A DNA stretch of 64,000 nucleotides, from NCBI GenBank assembly GCA_963749675.1, contig CAVVNT010000001.1, forward strand, positions 633,299-697,298, read 5' to 3'. This stretch comes from an uncultured Alphaproteobacteria bacterium (GTDB taxonomy: Bacteria > Pseudomonadota > Alphaproteobacteria > Rhodobacterales > Rhodobacteraceae). The notes beneath the pieces were generated by a model that saw only the letters and a program-made list of their open reading frames with translations, searched no databases and was not told the origin of the DNA. The position numbers and the translations under genes are program-made. Below, one piece after another: positions 15,985-26,587 of this stretch (within the stretch, counting starts at the first letter, position 1; every line of letters starts with the position of its first letter).

Positions 15985-16044
15985 ATCGGCTCCATCGCGC
16001 TGCTTTCGATGGGCTTCCCGGCAGCGGCATGGTAGGTCTCGGCC

Positions 16045-17686
16045 GTGTCAGATGCAGCCTCCGAACTCGCTCGTATGCGTGCTGCGCTCGCGGCGGCGGA
16101 GGCGCGAGCGGAGGTCGAGACTCTCCGCGCGGCGACTGCCGAGGCCGAGCTTGCACAGGCCCGCACCCTGGCCTCGGCCACCGAGGCGGTGATCAAGTCG
16201 CTGCGTCTCGAGATCGCCAGGCTGCGGCGCGAACAGTACGGCAAGAGTTCCGAGCGGCGGGCCCGATTGATCGACCAGCTGGAGTTGCAGCTCGAAGAAC
16301 TCGAAGCTGCCGCCACCGAGGACGCGATCCGGGCCGAGAAGGCCGCACGTACAACCAGGGTGCGCGCCTTCGATCGGCGCAAGCCCGTGCGCAAGCCGTT
16401 CCCCGAGCACCTGCCCCGCGAGCGGGTCGTGGTCGAGGCGCCGGTGGCCTGCTCGTGCTGCGGGTCGTCGCGGATCATGAAGATGGGGGAGGATATCACC
16501 GAGACGCTGGAGATCGTCCCGCGGCGGTGGAAGGTGATCCAGACCGTGCGGGAGAAGTTCGCCTGCCGGGATTGCGAGCGGATCAGTCAGCCCCCGGCGC
16601 CGTTCCATCCAACGCCGCGCGGTTGGGCCGGGCCGAACCTGCTGGCAACGATCCTCTTCGAGAAGTTCGGTCAGCATCAGCCGCTCAACCGGCAGGCGGA
16701 GCGCTACGCTCGCGAGGGCGTCGATCTCAGCCTCTCGACCCTGGCCGACCAGGTCGGAGCCTGCAGCATCGCGCTGGAGCCGATCCACGCCCTGATCCGG
16801 GCGCACGTCCTGAGCGGCGAACGGCTGCACGGCGACGACACCACGGTTCCGTTGCTTGCCCGTGGCGGGACGAAGACGGCCCGGCTTTGGACCTACGTCC
16901 GGGATGATCGACCGTTCGCCGGTGGGGCGCCCCCCGCCGCGCTGTTCCACTTCTCCCCCGACCGCGAGAAGGTCCACCCGAACCGGCATCTCGAGGGGTG
17001 GCAGGGAATCCTGCAGGCCGACGCCTACGGCGGGTACAACGATCTGTACCGGGCCGAGCGCGAGCCGGGGTCGGTGACCAGCGCGCTGTGGTGGGCGCAC
17101 GCGCGCAGGAAGTTTTTCGTCCTCGCCGACATCGCGGGCAAGATCCGCAAGGGCAAGCCCGTGCATGACATCTCGCCGGTCGCGCTGGAGGCGGTGACGC
17201 GTATCGATGCCCTCTTCGACGTCGAGCGTGAGCTCAACGGCCTGAGCGCCGAGGCGCGGCGCGAAGCCCGGCAGCGGCTGTCACGCCCGCTGGTCAAGGG
17301 CTTGCGCGACTGGTTGCAGGTCGAGCGCGCCCAGATGTCGAGGCACGCCGATGTCGCCAAGGCCGTCGACTACATGTTCGAGAAGGGCCGTTGGCCGGCC
17401 TTCACTCTGTTCCTCGAGGACGGACGGATCTGTCTGACCAACAACTGCGCCGAGAGAGCGCTGCGCGGAGTGGCGCTCGGCAGGAAGAGCTGGCTCTTTG
17501 GAGCGCGGCGGTGACCGGGCCGCTTTCATGTACACCCTGATCGTGACGGCCAAGCTCAACGACATCGATCCTCAGGCCTGGCTGGCGGACGTCCTCGCAC
17601 GCATGCCCAACTTGCCGGTCTCAAGGCTGCCGGAATTGCTCCCGTGGAACTGGCGGTCGCACACCACGGAGCAGAAGGCAGCCTGA
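16045..17686 (+). pseudogene. tnpC: IS66 transposase TnpC, frameshifted by a small deletion at ~17500
   Basis: Coiled coil, zinc finger, HGDDT, QADAYGGY, TNNCAERALRGVALGRK; C-terminus [16 protein letters not shown]...LLPWNW in another frame. Confidence 0.9.
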
Positions 17687-17985
17687 TGGCCCGCACCACC
17701 CAAGCCTACAGCATCGACTACGTCGCGAGGACGATCGGCGAGAGCCCGGAACTCATCGAGGTGGTCAGCTGGAACTCCGACGACATCGACTTCGGTGAGA
17801 TGATCCACGTTCACGACGGCACCGAAGAAGGCATCACAACCTTCACGGACCGCGGCATCGAAAGCCTGCAGGAGTTCCTTGCTGACGTCCGCACATGGCA
17901 TGGCGGCATCCGACAGTTCCTGATCGACCGCCAATGCGAACCGGACGTCATCGAACGAATAATGGCCAACGAGAAACAGACCTGA
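17686..17985 (+). CDS. Uncharacterised 99-aa IS66 passenger protein coupled to tnpC
   Basis: TGATG overlap with the tnpC stop; lies inside the IS right end; homolog at 32614-32910. Confidence 0.8.
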   Translation: MARTTQAYSIDYVARTIGESPELIEVVSWNSDDIDFGEMIHVHDGTEEGITTFTDRGIESLQEFLADVRTWHGGIRQFLIDRQCEPDVIERIMANEKQT

Positions 17986-18063
17986 CGCCCCGCGGCCTGC
18001 GCCGGATGCTTACGGCGATCTCGGCATCCTTCAGCACCTTGGTGAAGTCGACGCTGGTTCGCA

Positions 18064-18853
18064 GGGCGGTCTCCACCGGTCGTCGCAACGCTTTCAGATT
18101 GCGCGGTCGTCAGCAGTTCGTCCAGGGCTTCGGCGGGTGTTCTCCAACCCAGCGTCCTTCGCGGTCTGCCGTTGAGAGCGGCGGCTGCGGCATCGAGTTC
18201 GTCGGGGCCATGCACGGCGAGGCCCGTGCCCTTCGGGAAGTACTGACGCAGGAGCCCGTTTGTGTTCTCGTTCGTGCGGCGCTGCCACGGACTGTTCGGA
18301 TTGCAGAAGTAGACCGGCAAGTCATGCTCGATCCTGAGGTCTGCACGCCTGGCCATCTCGGCGCCCTGGTCCCAGGTGAGCGAGCGGCGCAGCTGTGCAG
18401 GCAGATCGGCGATCGCTGCCGCGATGGCGTCCCGGACCGCGTCGGCGCCGTGGCCCATGACCGCGCCGCGCACGCCGGTGGCCGTCCGCGCCCTTTCCGC
18501 CATCCTGGTCTCGTCGGGCGGCAGGTGGAGCAGGATGGTGAAGCGTGTCGTGCGCTCCACCAGCGTGCCGATCGCCGAGCGTCGCAGGCCGAGGATCAGG
18601 TCGCCTTCCCGGTGCCCCGGAACCGCTCGATCGTCCGCTTCTGCGGGGCGCGCCGAGATCATGACCTCGGGCAAGACAAAGGATTTGCCTCGGCCCCGGA
18701 CGCGGGCTCGGGGAACCCTGAGAGTTCGGCCTGACCGGAGGCAGGCGGACAGCTCGCGCCGCAGCGCCCCGCGGCCCTGGACGTAGAGGGACTGATGGAT
18801 GGCCTCGCGGGATATGCGCATCGTGTCGTCCTCGGGGACGTCGACCTTGAGCG
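18064..18853 (-). mobile_element. IS30-family element, 5'-truncated transposase
   Basis: RISREAIHQSLYVQGRG, EGDLILG, LTWDQGAEM, NENTNGLLRQYFPKG, LNGRPRRTLGW; fused to LSR copy 1 at ~18853. Confidence 0.88.
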
Positions 18854-20142
18854 CCGCCGCGCCAGTGGATGGTCAGGATGACCTCGCGCGACACCTCGCC
18901 GACGTCGACGATGATGTCGGTCACCAGAGCGCGCAGGAGCTGCTGGCGTGCGCGCATCGTGACGCCGGGCGCACTCCAGGCGCCGGCGGGAGCGTCGGCA
19001 AGGCCGGTGAAGTCCGGTGCTGGCGCGGCGGACACCGGCAAAGCCAGCGCCTCGAGATGTTCGGCGCAGGCCTCGACGCGGCGGAGCGTCATCTCCCAGG
19101 CGCGCTCGAGCTGCGCCGCGATCAGGCGGTTGTCCGGGTCGCAGGCAGCGTAGCGGCGTTCCGCCAGCGAGGCATCGTGAGCCGCGCCTGCTGGAGGTCG
19201 AGCTCCGCCATCCGCCGTCTCTCGGCTTCGCCGTCTTCGTGCATGCGCTCGGCTTCCCGCGCCGCCTCGATCGCCATGGGTTCTACCGCGCGCGAGGCAA
19301 CTCGGCCGCGATGGCGGCATCGACCCGGGAGCCGCCGAAGGTCATGCAGCGGCCGATGCCGCGCCCGGTCTGTGCCCGATCGCAGCGATACGTGGAGCGG
19401 CCGGGCGGCCTGCCGGCATAGGCGACGGAGAGCGCCCGGCCGCAGCGTCCACATGTCAGGATGCCCGCGAGCAGGGCTCTTCCGCCGCGGCCGGACTTCG
19501 CGCCACCGGCCCAGCCGTAGGTGTTGGCCGCGAGCGTCTCCTGGTTCCGCTCGAACTCGGCCCAGCCGATGTAGCCGTCGTGGTGGTCGTGGATCAGCAC
19601 GTCCCACGCCGCCCGTGGCCGGCCGTGGCCGTAGGTCTTGCGCGCCCGTCCCTCGACCATGACCACCCGCTTCTCGCTTTTGCCGTAGACGTAGGCGCCG
19701 GCGTAGAACGGGTTCTTCAGGATCGAGATCACGTTGCGGTAGCGGATCGGGGTCCACTCGAGGGAGGTCATCCGCATCGCCATTGTCACTCGGACCAATG
19801 GCGCTCCAATGGCAATCGTCCGACGGCCGCGGAAACGAGACGCCGTCGGCCGCGAGCGACAGCAGCGTCTGGCGCGCGCTGCTGAGCTGCCGGAAGCGCT
19901 CGAAGATCAGCCGGATCGTCTGCTGGAGACGCAGGTCGGGATCGAAGCCGAGGCCATGGTCCCGGCGCCAGAGGTAGCCGACGGGCACGCTGATGCGGAG
20001 CTCGCCCCGCTCTGCCTTCGCGCGCGCGGCCTCGAGCATCCGCGCGCGCAGGATGCCGAGCTCGAACTCGCTGATGCTGCCCTTCATGCCGAGGAGGAGC
20101 CGGTCGTTCGGCCGACAAGGATCGTACACGCCGTCGAGGTCG
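18854..20142. repeat. ~1.29-kb near-identical direct repeat of 33635-34923
   Basis: Constant offset of 14781 bp; ORF translations identical apart from about two substitutions noticed. Confidence 0.95.
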
Positions 20143-20277
20143 GGCGACCTCGACCAGCTCATACTGGCGGCGCCGGCTCTCAAGGTTGGTCTCGACCTGC
20201 GTCCGGCAGGATTGCCGGACGTAGACCACGGCCTTCCTCTCGAGGACCGTCGCGGGAAGCATCTCAGACGTCGTCAT
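18854..20277 (-). pseudogene. Large serine recombinase (resolvase, recombinase and zinc-ribbon domains), degraded
   Basis: KAVVYVRQS catalytic Ser motif; NDRLLLGMKGSISEFEL; ILKNPFYAGAYVYG; LLAGILTCGRCG; internal deletion at ~20143, frameshifts and a 41-bp insertion. Confidence 0.88.
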
Positions 20278-20428
20278 CGCTGCCTCCCGGCGCCGCGGCC
20301 TCGGCCAGCAGGTTCGCCAAGGCCGTCACCCTGGCCCGTCGCTCCGTGGTGGACATGCCGCGGAGCCTCGTGGAGTCGAACGTCATCATCAGCTGGCGCG
20401 GCGGCGCCGGCGCCTTGGGATCGGTCAT
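20264..20428 (-). CDS. Small 54-aa ORF upstream of the recombinase
   Basis: GGAGGAG RBS then MTDPKAPAPPRQLMMTFDSTRLRGMSTTERRARVTALANLLAEAAA; overlaps the LSR start. Confidence 0.55.
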   Translation of the reverse strand: MTDPKAPAPPRQLMMTFDSTRLRGMSTTERRARVTALANLLAEAAAPGGSDDDV

Positions 20429-20744
20429 CCTGCTCCTCCTTGGCGACGATCGCATCGCCAGGAGAGCTTCGCCGGAATCCGCGCCGGCTCAGCAGGTCAT
20501 GAAGATCGCCGAGGGCCGCAATCGAGACCTGCGGCGGGCCAAGTTGCCGCATGCCGGCGCACGCGACCGGATCGAGCATCCAGGCTGGTAGGACGAGAAC
20601 GTCTCCCGGGCCCACAACGAGATGAACGAAGCGGCCAGTCTCGCGCGACTGGCTCGATTCCACCCGAAGAGTTCGGCCGTGGAGAGGATGCCAGCGATAG
20701 TGGACGACAGCTTCCTGCCCGACATGGGCACAATGACCAGGTGA
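20274..20744 (-). CDS. LSR-element accessory gene with no start codon in the integrated state (HYRWHPLHG motif, DUF5372/Y4bD-like)
   Basis: Open frame from the element terminus: SPGHCAHVGQEAVVHYRWHPLHG...LPAWMLDPVACAGM...; its TGA overlaps the LSR ATG (ATGA, 20277-20274). Family assignment from memory. Confidence 0.65.
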   Translation of the reverse strand, partial: SPGHCAHVGQEAVVHYRWHPLHGRTLRVESSQSRETGRFVHLVVGPGDVLVLPAWMLDPVACAGMRQLGPPQVSIAALGDLHDLLSRRGFRRSSPGDAIVAKEEQDDRSQGAGAAAPADDDVRLHEAPRHVHHGATGQGDGLGEPAGRGRGAGRQR

Positions 20745-20964
20745 TCGCCCTGACCCGCAAGAACGCGCTCTTCGCCGGCAACGAGGTCGGCGCCGAGAAC
20801 TGGGCCATGCCCGCGTCGCTGGTCGCCACCTGCAAGCTGTCCGCCGTGAACCCGGTCGACTACCTCGCCGACACCCTCCGGGCCATCCTCGACGGCCACC
20901 CCAAATCCCGCATCGAGGCCCTGATGCCCTCGCGCTACGCCCAGCCGTCAAGCGTCGCCGCATG
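20744..20964 (+). pseudogene. tnpC: 3' remnant of tnpC of the outer IS66
   Basis: IALTRKNALFAGNEVGAENWA...TCKLSAVNPVDYLADTL...RIEALMP. Confidence 0.85.
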
Positions 20965-21244
20965 GGGCAGCGACGTTGCTTACGATCATCTGGCGCTCTT
21001 GAAATGCGTTGTCGGCGAGGCGGGGAGGTCCCCGAACTCGCTTGCGGCCCGGTGCTGGGTTTTCGGGACGTATCTCTCCGAGCGCCGCGGTGGTCCGCTG
21101 TCGCTGCCGAACATCTGTTGCATGTGTGCGAGGGCGTGCATATACCGCCGCGCTGTGGCTCGTGGCGGCTGCAACCTAGTCCGATAATTTTGGCCGTGGG
21201 CGCGGGCATGTCGCTTTGCCCCGCATCCGGCAAGGAGAAGCGAC

Positions 21245-21712
21245 ATGAAACTGAACGAACTCCGCGACAATCCTGGTGCTTCCAAGCGCCGCAAGCGCGT
21301 CGGCCGCGGCCCGGGCTCGGGTCTGGGAAAGACCGCCGGCCGCGGCATCAAGGGCCAGAAATCACGCTCCGGCGTCGCGATAAATGGCTACGAGGGAGGG
21401 CAGATGCCGCTCTACCAGCGGCTCCCAAAGCGCGGCTTCAACAAGCCGAATCGCAAGGAGTACGCCGTGGTGAATCTCGGGCACATCCAGAAGTTCGTCG
21501 AAGCCGGCAAGCTGGGTGAGGAAATCACCGAGACCGAGCTCGTCAATTCCGGCCTTGTGCGGCGGAAGCGTGACGGCGTTCGCGTCCTCGGCGGCGGCGA
21601 TCTGACCTCCAAGATCGTGCTGACCGTCACCGGAGCCTCGCGCTCGGCCGTCGATGCGGTCGAAAAAGCGGGTGGATCGATAACCGTCATGTCTCAGCCG
21701 GCGGCCGAGTAA
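21245..21712 (+). CDS. rplO: 50S ribosomal protein L15
   Basis: [21 protein letters not shown]; EGGQMPL. Confidence 0.99.
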   Translation: MKLNELRDNPGASKRRKRVGRGPGSGLGKTAGRGIKGQKSRSGVAINGYEGGQMPLYQRLPKRGFNKPNRKEYAVVNLGHIQKFVEAGKLGEEITETELVNSGLVRRKRDGVRVLGGGDLTSKIVLTVTGASRSAVDAVEKAGGSITVMSQPAAE

Positions 21713-21717
21713 GGTGG

Positions 21718-21746
21718 TTGCGGGCGGCCGTCATGCCGCCTAGATC
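21718..21746 (+). promoter_or_regulatory. Putative sigma70 promoter for secY
   Basis: TTGCGG-17 bp-TAGATC in the rplO-secY gap. Confidence 0.45.
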
Positions 21747-21812
21747 GCTACTGTTTTCCTAGCGCCGCCGACCGGAAGACGGTCTGGCGGCGCTGTCATG
21801 AAAGGCACTCGC

Positions 21813-23171
21813 ATGGCATCCGCAGCCGAACAGATGGCCGCAAACCTCAGCTGGGGAACGCTCGGCAAGGCGACGGAGCTGCGTCAGCGCATCCTTTATG
21901 CCTTGGGGCTTCTGATCGTGTACCGAATCGGAACCTACATTCCGGTTCCGGGCATCGATGGCGGCGCCCTGCGCCAGTTCATGGATCAGGCCGCCACCGG
22001 AATCGGCGGCATTCTCAACATGTTCACCGGCGGCGCCATCAGCCGCATGGGAATTTTCGCGCTGGGGATCATGCCCTACATCTCGGCCTCGATCATAGTG
22101 CAGTTGATGACGGCGATGGTTCCCAAGCTTGAACAACTCAAGAAGGAAGGCGAGCAGGGGCGCAAAAAGATCAACCAGTACACCCGCTTCGGGACGGTTT
22201 TCCTTGCGACGTTCCAGGCCTACGGCCTCGCAGTCAGCCTTGAGGCCGGCGATCTCGTGACCGATCCTGGCTGGTTCTTCCGGATCGCGTGCGTCATCAC
22301 GCTCGTCGGAGGGACAATGTTCCTGATGTGGGTGGGCGAGCAGATCACAGCCCGCGGGATCGGCAACGGTATCTCGCTGATCATATTCGTCGGCATCATC
22401 GCCGAAGTCCCTGCAGCGCTGGCGCAGTTCTTGAGCCAAGGCCGTTCGGGTGCGCTGAGTCCCGCCGTGATCGTCGGCGTTCTGCTGATGGTGATCGCGG
22501 TGATAGCCTTCGTTGTCTTCATGGAGCGGGCGCTGAGGAAGATCCACATCCAGTATCCTCGCCGCCAGGTCGGAATGAAGATGTACGACGGCGGGTCGAG
22601 CCACCTGCCGGTCAAGGTGAACCCGGCCGGCGTCATCCCGGCGATCTTTGCGTCGTCGCTGCTGCTCCTGCCGACGACGCTCGCGACGTTCTCCGGTCAG
22701 CAGACAGGGCCAGTCATGTCGACGATCCTGGCCTATTTCGGGCCGGGTCAGCCGCTCTACCTTCTGTTCTTTGCGGCGATGATCGTGTTCTTTACGTACT
22801 TCTACACGTTCAACGTGTCGTTCAAGACAGAGGACGTCGCCGACAATCTCAAGAACCAGAACGGCTTTATTCCTGGCGTGCGACCCGGCAAGCGTACGGA
22901 GGAATACTTGGATTACGTGGTCAATCGGGTTCTCGTGCTTGGCTCGGCCTACCTCGCAGGCGTCTGTCTGCTGCCGGAGATACTGCGTTCGCAGTTGGCG
23001 ATTCCGTTCTACTTCGGCGGTACTTCGGTGCTGATCGTTGTGTCGGTGACGATGGACACGATCAATCAGGTACAGTCCCACCTGCTTGCGCATCAGTATG
23101 AAGGTCTGATTGAAAAGTCCCAACTGCGTGGCAAGAAGCGCGGAAGCAAGCGAGGGACCGCCAGACGATGA
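21813..23171 (+). CDS. secY: Preprotein translocase SecY
   Basis: [11 protein letters not shown]; [11 protein letters not shown]; FIPGVRPG; GGTSVLIVV. Confidence 0.99.
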   Translation: MASAAEQMAANLSWGTLGKATELRQRILYALGLLIVYRIGTYIPVPGIDGGALRQFMDQAATGIGGILNMFTGGAISRMGIFALGIMPYISASIIVQLMTAMVPKLEQLKKEGEQGRKKINQYTRFGTVFLATFQAYGLAVSLEAGDLVTDPGWFFRIACVITLVGGTMFLMWVGEQITARGIGNGISLIIFVGIIAEVPAALAQFLSQGRSGALSPAVIVGVLLMVIAVIAFVVFMERALRKIHIQYPRRQVGMKMYDGGSSHLPVKVNPAGVIPAIFASSLLLLPTTLATFSGQQTGPVMSTILAYFGPGQPLYLLFFAAMIVFFTYFYTFNVSFKTEDVADNLKNQNGFIPGVRPGKRTEEYLDYVVNRVLVLGSAYLAGVCLLPEILRSQLAIPFYFGGTSVLIVVSVTMDTINQVQSHLLAHQYEGLIEKSQLRGKKRGSKRGTARR

Positions 23172-23812
23172 ACATCATACTGCTCGGACCGCCGGGGGCG
23201 GGCAAGGGAACACAAGCCCGCAAGTTGGTGGACGAGAGAGGGATGGTTCAGCTTTCTACCGGGGATATGCTGCGCGAAGCGCGAACGAGCGGCACGGAGA
23301 TGAGTAAGGTCGTCGCCGAGGTCATGGACCGCGGTGATTTGGTCACAGACGAGATCGTTATCAGCCTCATCGAGGAGAAACTCGGTGAGGGTGCAGCTGG
23401 CGGCTTCATCTTCGACGGGTTCCCGCGGACGCTTGCACAGGCCGACGCGCTGGAGAGCCTGCTAGAGCGGCTCGGTGATCGGCTCGACGTGGTGATCGAG
23501 ATGCAGGTTGACAATGCGGCGCTTGTTGCGCGCATCGTTGGCCGCTTTACATGCGCGAATTGCGGCGAGGTCTATCACGAGGTCACTCGCCGGCCGAAGC
23601 AGGAGGGTGTCTGCGATGTTTGTAGCGGGACGGACTTCAAGCGCCGAGCCGACGACACCGAAGAGGCATTGAAGAACCGCTTGATGGAATACTACAAGAA
23701 GACCTCGCCTCTCGTCGGGTACTACTACGCCAAAGGTGCCCTGCGCACCATCGACGGCCTTGGCGAGATTGACAACGTCGCCGCGGAGCTGTCGAGCGCA
23801 TTGAAGCAATAG
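23168..23812 (+). CDS. adk: Adenylate kinase (Cys4 zinc-lid type)
   Basis: [10 protein letters not shown]; DGFPRT; CANC...CDVC lid. Confidence 0.98.
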   Translation: MNIILLGPPGAGKGTQARKLVDERGMVQLSTGDMLREARTSGTEMSKVVAEVMDRGDLVTDEIVISLIEEKLGEGAAGGFIFDGFPRTLAQADALESLLERLGDRLDVVIEMQVDNAALVARIVGRFTCANCGEVYHEVTRRPKQEGVCDVCSGTDFKRRADDTEEALKNRLMEYYKKTSPLVGYYYAKGALRTIDGLGEIDNVAAELSSALKQ

Positions 23813-23824
23813 GCGCGCGCACTC

Positions 23825-23853
23825 TTGACGGGCTCTCGAGAGCTCTCTAGACA
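23825..23853 (+). promoter_or_regulatory. Putative sigma70 promoter of the alpha operon
   Basis: TTGACG-17 bp-TAGACA upstream of rpsM. Confidence 0.6.
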
Positions 23854-23988
23854 CCGCTCTCTCGCAAGAGAATCGCCCCCACCGGGGTTCATCCGCTATC
23901 GCAGTCCCGAGGCGTATCCAGCGACCCGGGTCTACGTTGTGAAAAAAGGTTCCGGAGCTACGGAACCGCAACGAAAGGAATACCACAC

Positions 23989-24357
23989 GTGGCACGTATC
24001 GCCGGCGTGAACATCCCCACCGCCAAGCGCGTACCGATCGCGCTCACCTACATCACCGGAATCGGCCAGAGCGCGGCCCGCAATATCTGCGATGCCGTTG
24101 GCATCGACCAGTCCCGTCGCGTCAACGAGCTCAGCGACTCCGAGGTTCTGCAGATCCGCGAGCACATCGACGCCAACCTGAGTGTCGAGGGCGACTTGCG
24201 GCGCGACACGCAAATGAACATCAAGCGGCTGATGGACCTCGGCTGCTACCGTGGACTCCGTCATCGCCGCAACCTCCCCGTGCGCGGTCAGCGCACGCAC
24301 ACCAATGCCCGCACTCGCAAGGGCCCGGCCAAGCCGATCGCCGGCAAGAAGAAGTAA
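23989..24357 (+). CDS. rpsM: 30S ribosomal protein S13
   Basis: GTG start, ARIAGVNIP; [14 protein letters not shown]. Confidence 0.99.
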   Translation: MARIAGVNIPTAKRVPIALTYITGIGQSAARNICDAVGIDQSRRVNELSDSEVLQIREHIDANLSVEGDLRRDTQMNIKRLMDLGCYRGLRHRRNLPVRGQRTHTNARTRKGPAKPIAGKKK

Positions 24358-24371
24358 GGGGAGCGAGAGCA

Positions 24372-24764
24372 ATGGCACGAGATCGTCGCACGACGACCCG
24401 CAAGAAGGTTTCCAAGAACATCGCCGCCGGCGTGGCGCATGTGAACTCGTCCTTCAACAACACCAAGATCCTGATTTCCGATGTTCAAGGCAACGCGATC
24501 GCATGGTCTTCGGCCGGGACTATGGGCTTCAAGGGCAGCCGCAAGTCCACCCCATACGCCGCCCAGATGGCCGCAGAGGACGCTGGTCGCAAGGCACAGG
24601 AACACGGCGTCCGGACGCTGGAGGTCGAGGTCCAAGGGCCGGGATCCGGCCGTGAAAGCGCTCTGCGCGCGCTTGCGGCGGTCGGATTCAACATCACGTC
24701 GATCCGCGACGTGACGCCCATCGCTCACAACGGCGTTCGCCCGCCCAAGCGCCGGCGCGTCTAA
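24372..24764 (+). CDS. rpsK: 30S ribosomal protein S11
   Basis: SSFNNT; RKSTPYAAQ; DVTPIAHNG. Confidence 0.99.
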   Translation: MARDRRTTTRKKVSKNIAAGVAHVNSSFNNTKILISDVQGNAIAWSSAGTMGFKGSRKSTPYAAQMAAEDAGRKAQEHGVRTLEVEVQGPGSGRESALRALAAVGFNITSIRDVTPIAHNGVRPPKRRRV

Positions 24765-24857
24765 CGTTTCACACCCACTCCAGGGTCGATCCGTACACCT
24801 CGGGAGCGTGCCGCTTTTCCTGATCATGGGCGGCTCGCATGAATTGAGGAGAGCATC

Positions 24858-25874
24858 ATGATCCACAAGAACTGGCAGGAACTCATCAAGCCGACGCAGC
24901 TCGTCGTCAAGCCGGGCAACGATCCTGCGCGTCAGGCCACCGTCATCGCAGAGCCGCTGGAGCGTGGCTTCGGCTTGACGCTCGGCAACGCGCTGCGGCG
25001 TGTGTTGATGAGCTCGCTGCAGGGCGCGGCCGTGACCAGTGTTCATATCGACAATGTCTTGCACGAGTTCTCGTCGATCGCCGGCGTTCGAGAGGATGTG
25101 ACCGACGTGGTCCTGAACCTCAAGGGCGTCGCGATCCGGATGGAGGCAGAGGGCCCCAAGCGCCTGTCGATCTCCGCCAAGGGGCCCGGTGTCGTCACTG
25201 CCGGGGAGATTACCGAGAGCGCGGGCATCGAGATCCTCAACCGCGATCACGTCATTTGCCATCTTGACGAAGGCGCCGAGCTCTTCATGGAGCTGACCGT
25301 CAACACCGGCAAGGGCTACGTGGCAGCCGACCGCAACCGGCCGGAAGATGCGCCTATCGGCCTGATCCCTATCGATGCCATCTATTCTCCGGTCCGGAAG
25401 GTCAGCTACGATGTGACGCCGACGCGCGAGGGACAGGTGCTCGACTATGACAAGCTGAGCGTCCGGATCGAGACCGACGGATCTGTAACGCCTGACGATG
25501 CGGTAGCATACGGCGCGCGCATTCTGCAGGACCAGTTGCAGATCTTCGTCAACTTCGACGAGCCCGAGCGCGCCGGTGCCGAAGAGATGGACGACGGCCT
25601 CGAGTTCAACCCGCTTCTTCTCAAGAAGGTCGACGAGCTAGAGCTCAGCGTTCGTTCGGCGAACTGCCTCAAGAACGACAACATCGTCTACATCGGCGAT
25701 CTCATTCAGAAGACCGAGGCGGAAATGCTGCGGACGCCGAACTTCGGGCGCAAATCGCTGAACGAGATCAAGGAGGTGCTGTCAGGCATGGGCCTGCATC
25801 TTGGGATGGATGTCGAGGAATGGCCGCCAGAAAACATCGAGGATCTCGCCAAGAAGTTCGAGGACCAGTTTTGA
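24858..25874 (+). CDS. rpoA: RNA polymerase subunit alpha
   Basis: [17 protein letters not shown]; [10 protein letters not shown]. Confidence 0.99.
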   Translation: MIHKNWQELIKPTQLVVKPGNDPARQATVIAEPLERGFGLTLGNALRRVLMSSLQGAAVTSVHIDNVLHEFSSIAGVREDVTDVVLNLKGVAIRMEAEGPKRLSISAKGPGVVTAGEITESAGIEILNRDHVICHLDEGAELFMELTVNTGKGYVAADRNRPEDAPIGLIPIDAIYSPVRKVSYDVTPTREGQVLDYDKLSVRIETDGSVTPDDAVAYGARILQDQLQIFVNFDEPERAGAEEMDDGLEFNPLLLKKVDELELSVRSANCLKNDNIVYIGDLIQKTEAEMLRTPNFGRKSLNEIKEVLSGMGLHLGMDVEEWPPENIEDLAKKFEDQF

Positions 25875-25982
25875 AAAGCAGCGCCCCGCTGCGGGCGTTG
25901 AACTGCAATCCGGGCAATTCTGCCCCAAGGTGAGGGCGCCGCGCGCACAGTGCCCCGGACAAAGCAAAATGGAGAATGAAGA

Positions 25983-26402
25983 ATGCGTCACGGAAGCGGC
26001 TATCGCCGTCTGAATCGCACCGCCGAGCATCGCAAGGCGCTGTTCGCAAACATGGCCGGCTCGCTGATCGAGCATGAGCAGATCAAGACCACGCTGCCGA
26101 AGGCGAAAGAACTCAAGCGCATCGCTGAAAAACTGATCACTCTCGGCAAGCGAGGCGACCTGCACGCACGTCGACAAGCGGCATCGCGCCTGAAGCAGGA
26201 CGCCCATGTAGCCAAGCTGTTCGATATCCTCGGACCGCGCTACGCTGAACGCAATGGTGGTTGTGTCCGGGTGCTCAAGGCCGGTTTCCGCTACGGCGAT
26301 ATGGCTCCGATGGCAATCGTCGAGCTGGTCGATCGTGATCCTGATGCCAAAGGCGCCGCAGACCGCGAGCGTCTTGCGGTCGAGGAGGCGTCAGAAGCCT
26401 AA
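25983..26402 (+). CDS. rplQ: 50S ribosomal protein L17
   Basis: MRHG...[10 protein letters not shown]; [11 protein letters not shown]. Confidence 0.98.
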   Translation: MRHGSGYRRLNRTAEHRKALFANMAGSLIEHEQIKTTLPKAKELKRIAEKLITLGKRGDLHARRQAASRLKQDAHVAKLFDILGPRYAERNGGCVRVLKAGFRYGDMAPMAIVELVDRDPDAKGAADRERLAVEEASEA

Positions 26403-26587
26403 CGCCATGATGCAGAGGAGGGCGTGTGCGTCCCCGGCGCCACGCTGCCTGCCTATCTCTATATGCTCGCGGTGGATGAGATCAGCGAATTCATCTTGGG
26501 CGATAGCGAGTTCGCCGCTGCACACCACATTTACCACAAATCTTCTTAGAAGTTGAGAAATGTCGTGCCGACAGCAACAAGAACTTC

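Larger units (their letters stand above)
15141..18013 (+). mobile_element. Inner IS66-family element (tnpA-tnpB-tnpC plus a fourth ORF) inserted into IS3 orfB
   Basis: Ends GTATCCCTCCGG and CCGGATGCTTAC; 8-bp target duplication GGCGATCT at 15133-15140 and 18014-18021. Confidence 0.92.
13334..18058 (-). mobile_element. IS3-family remnant (3' end of orfB plus right end), split into 13334-13381, 14876-15140 and 18022-18058
   Basis: TSVDFTKVLKDAE|IAISMDGKGAWRDNVFAERLWRTVKYEDVYL...YNGTRPHS integrase core; the sequence is continuous across the two inserted elements. Confidence 0.8.
18854..20743 (-). mobile_element. Large serine recombinase element, copy 1 (left end retained, right part deleted)
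   Basis: Terminal motif GGGCACAATGA at 20726-20736 abutting IS66 tnpC; accessory ORFs; recombinase gene. Confidence 0.8.
13309..20983 (+). mobile_element. Outer IS66-family element, largely deleted, containing all other elements of this island
   Basis: Ends GTAAGC (13309) and GCTTAC (20983); exact 8-bp target duplication GATCATCT at 13301-13308 and 20984-20991; tnpC 3' remnant at 20744-20964. Confidence 0.88.
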
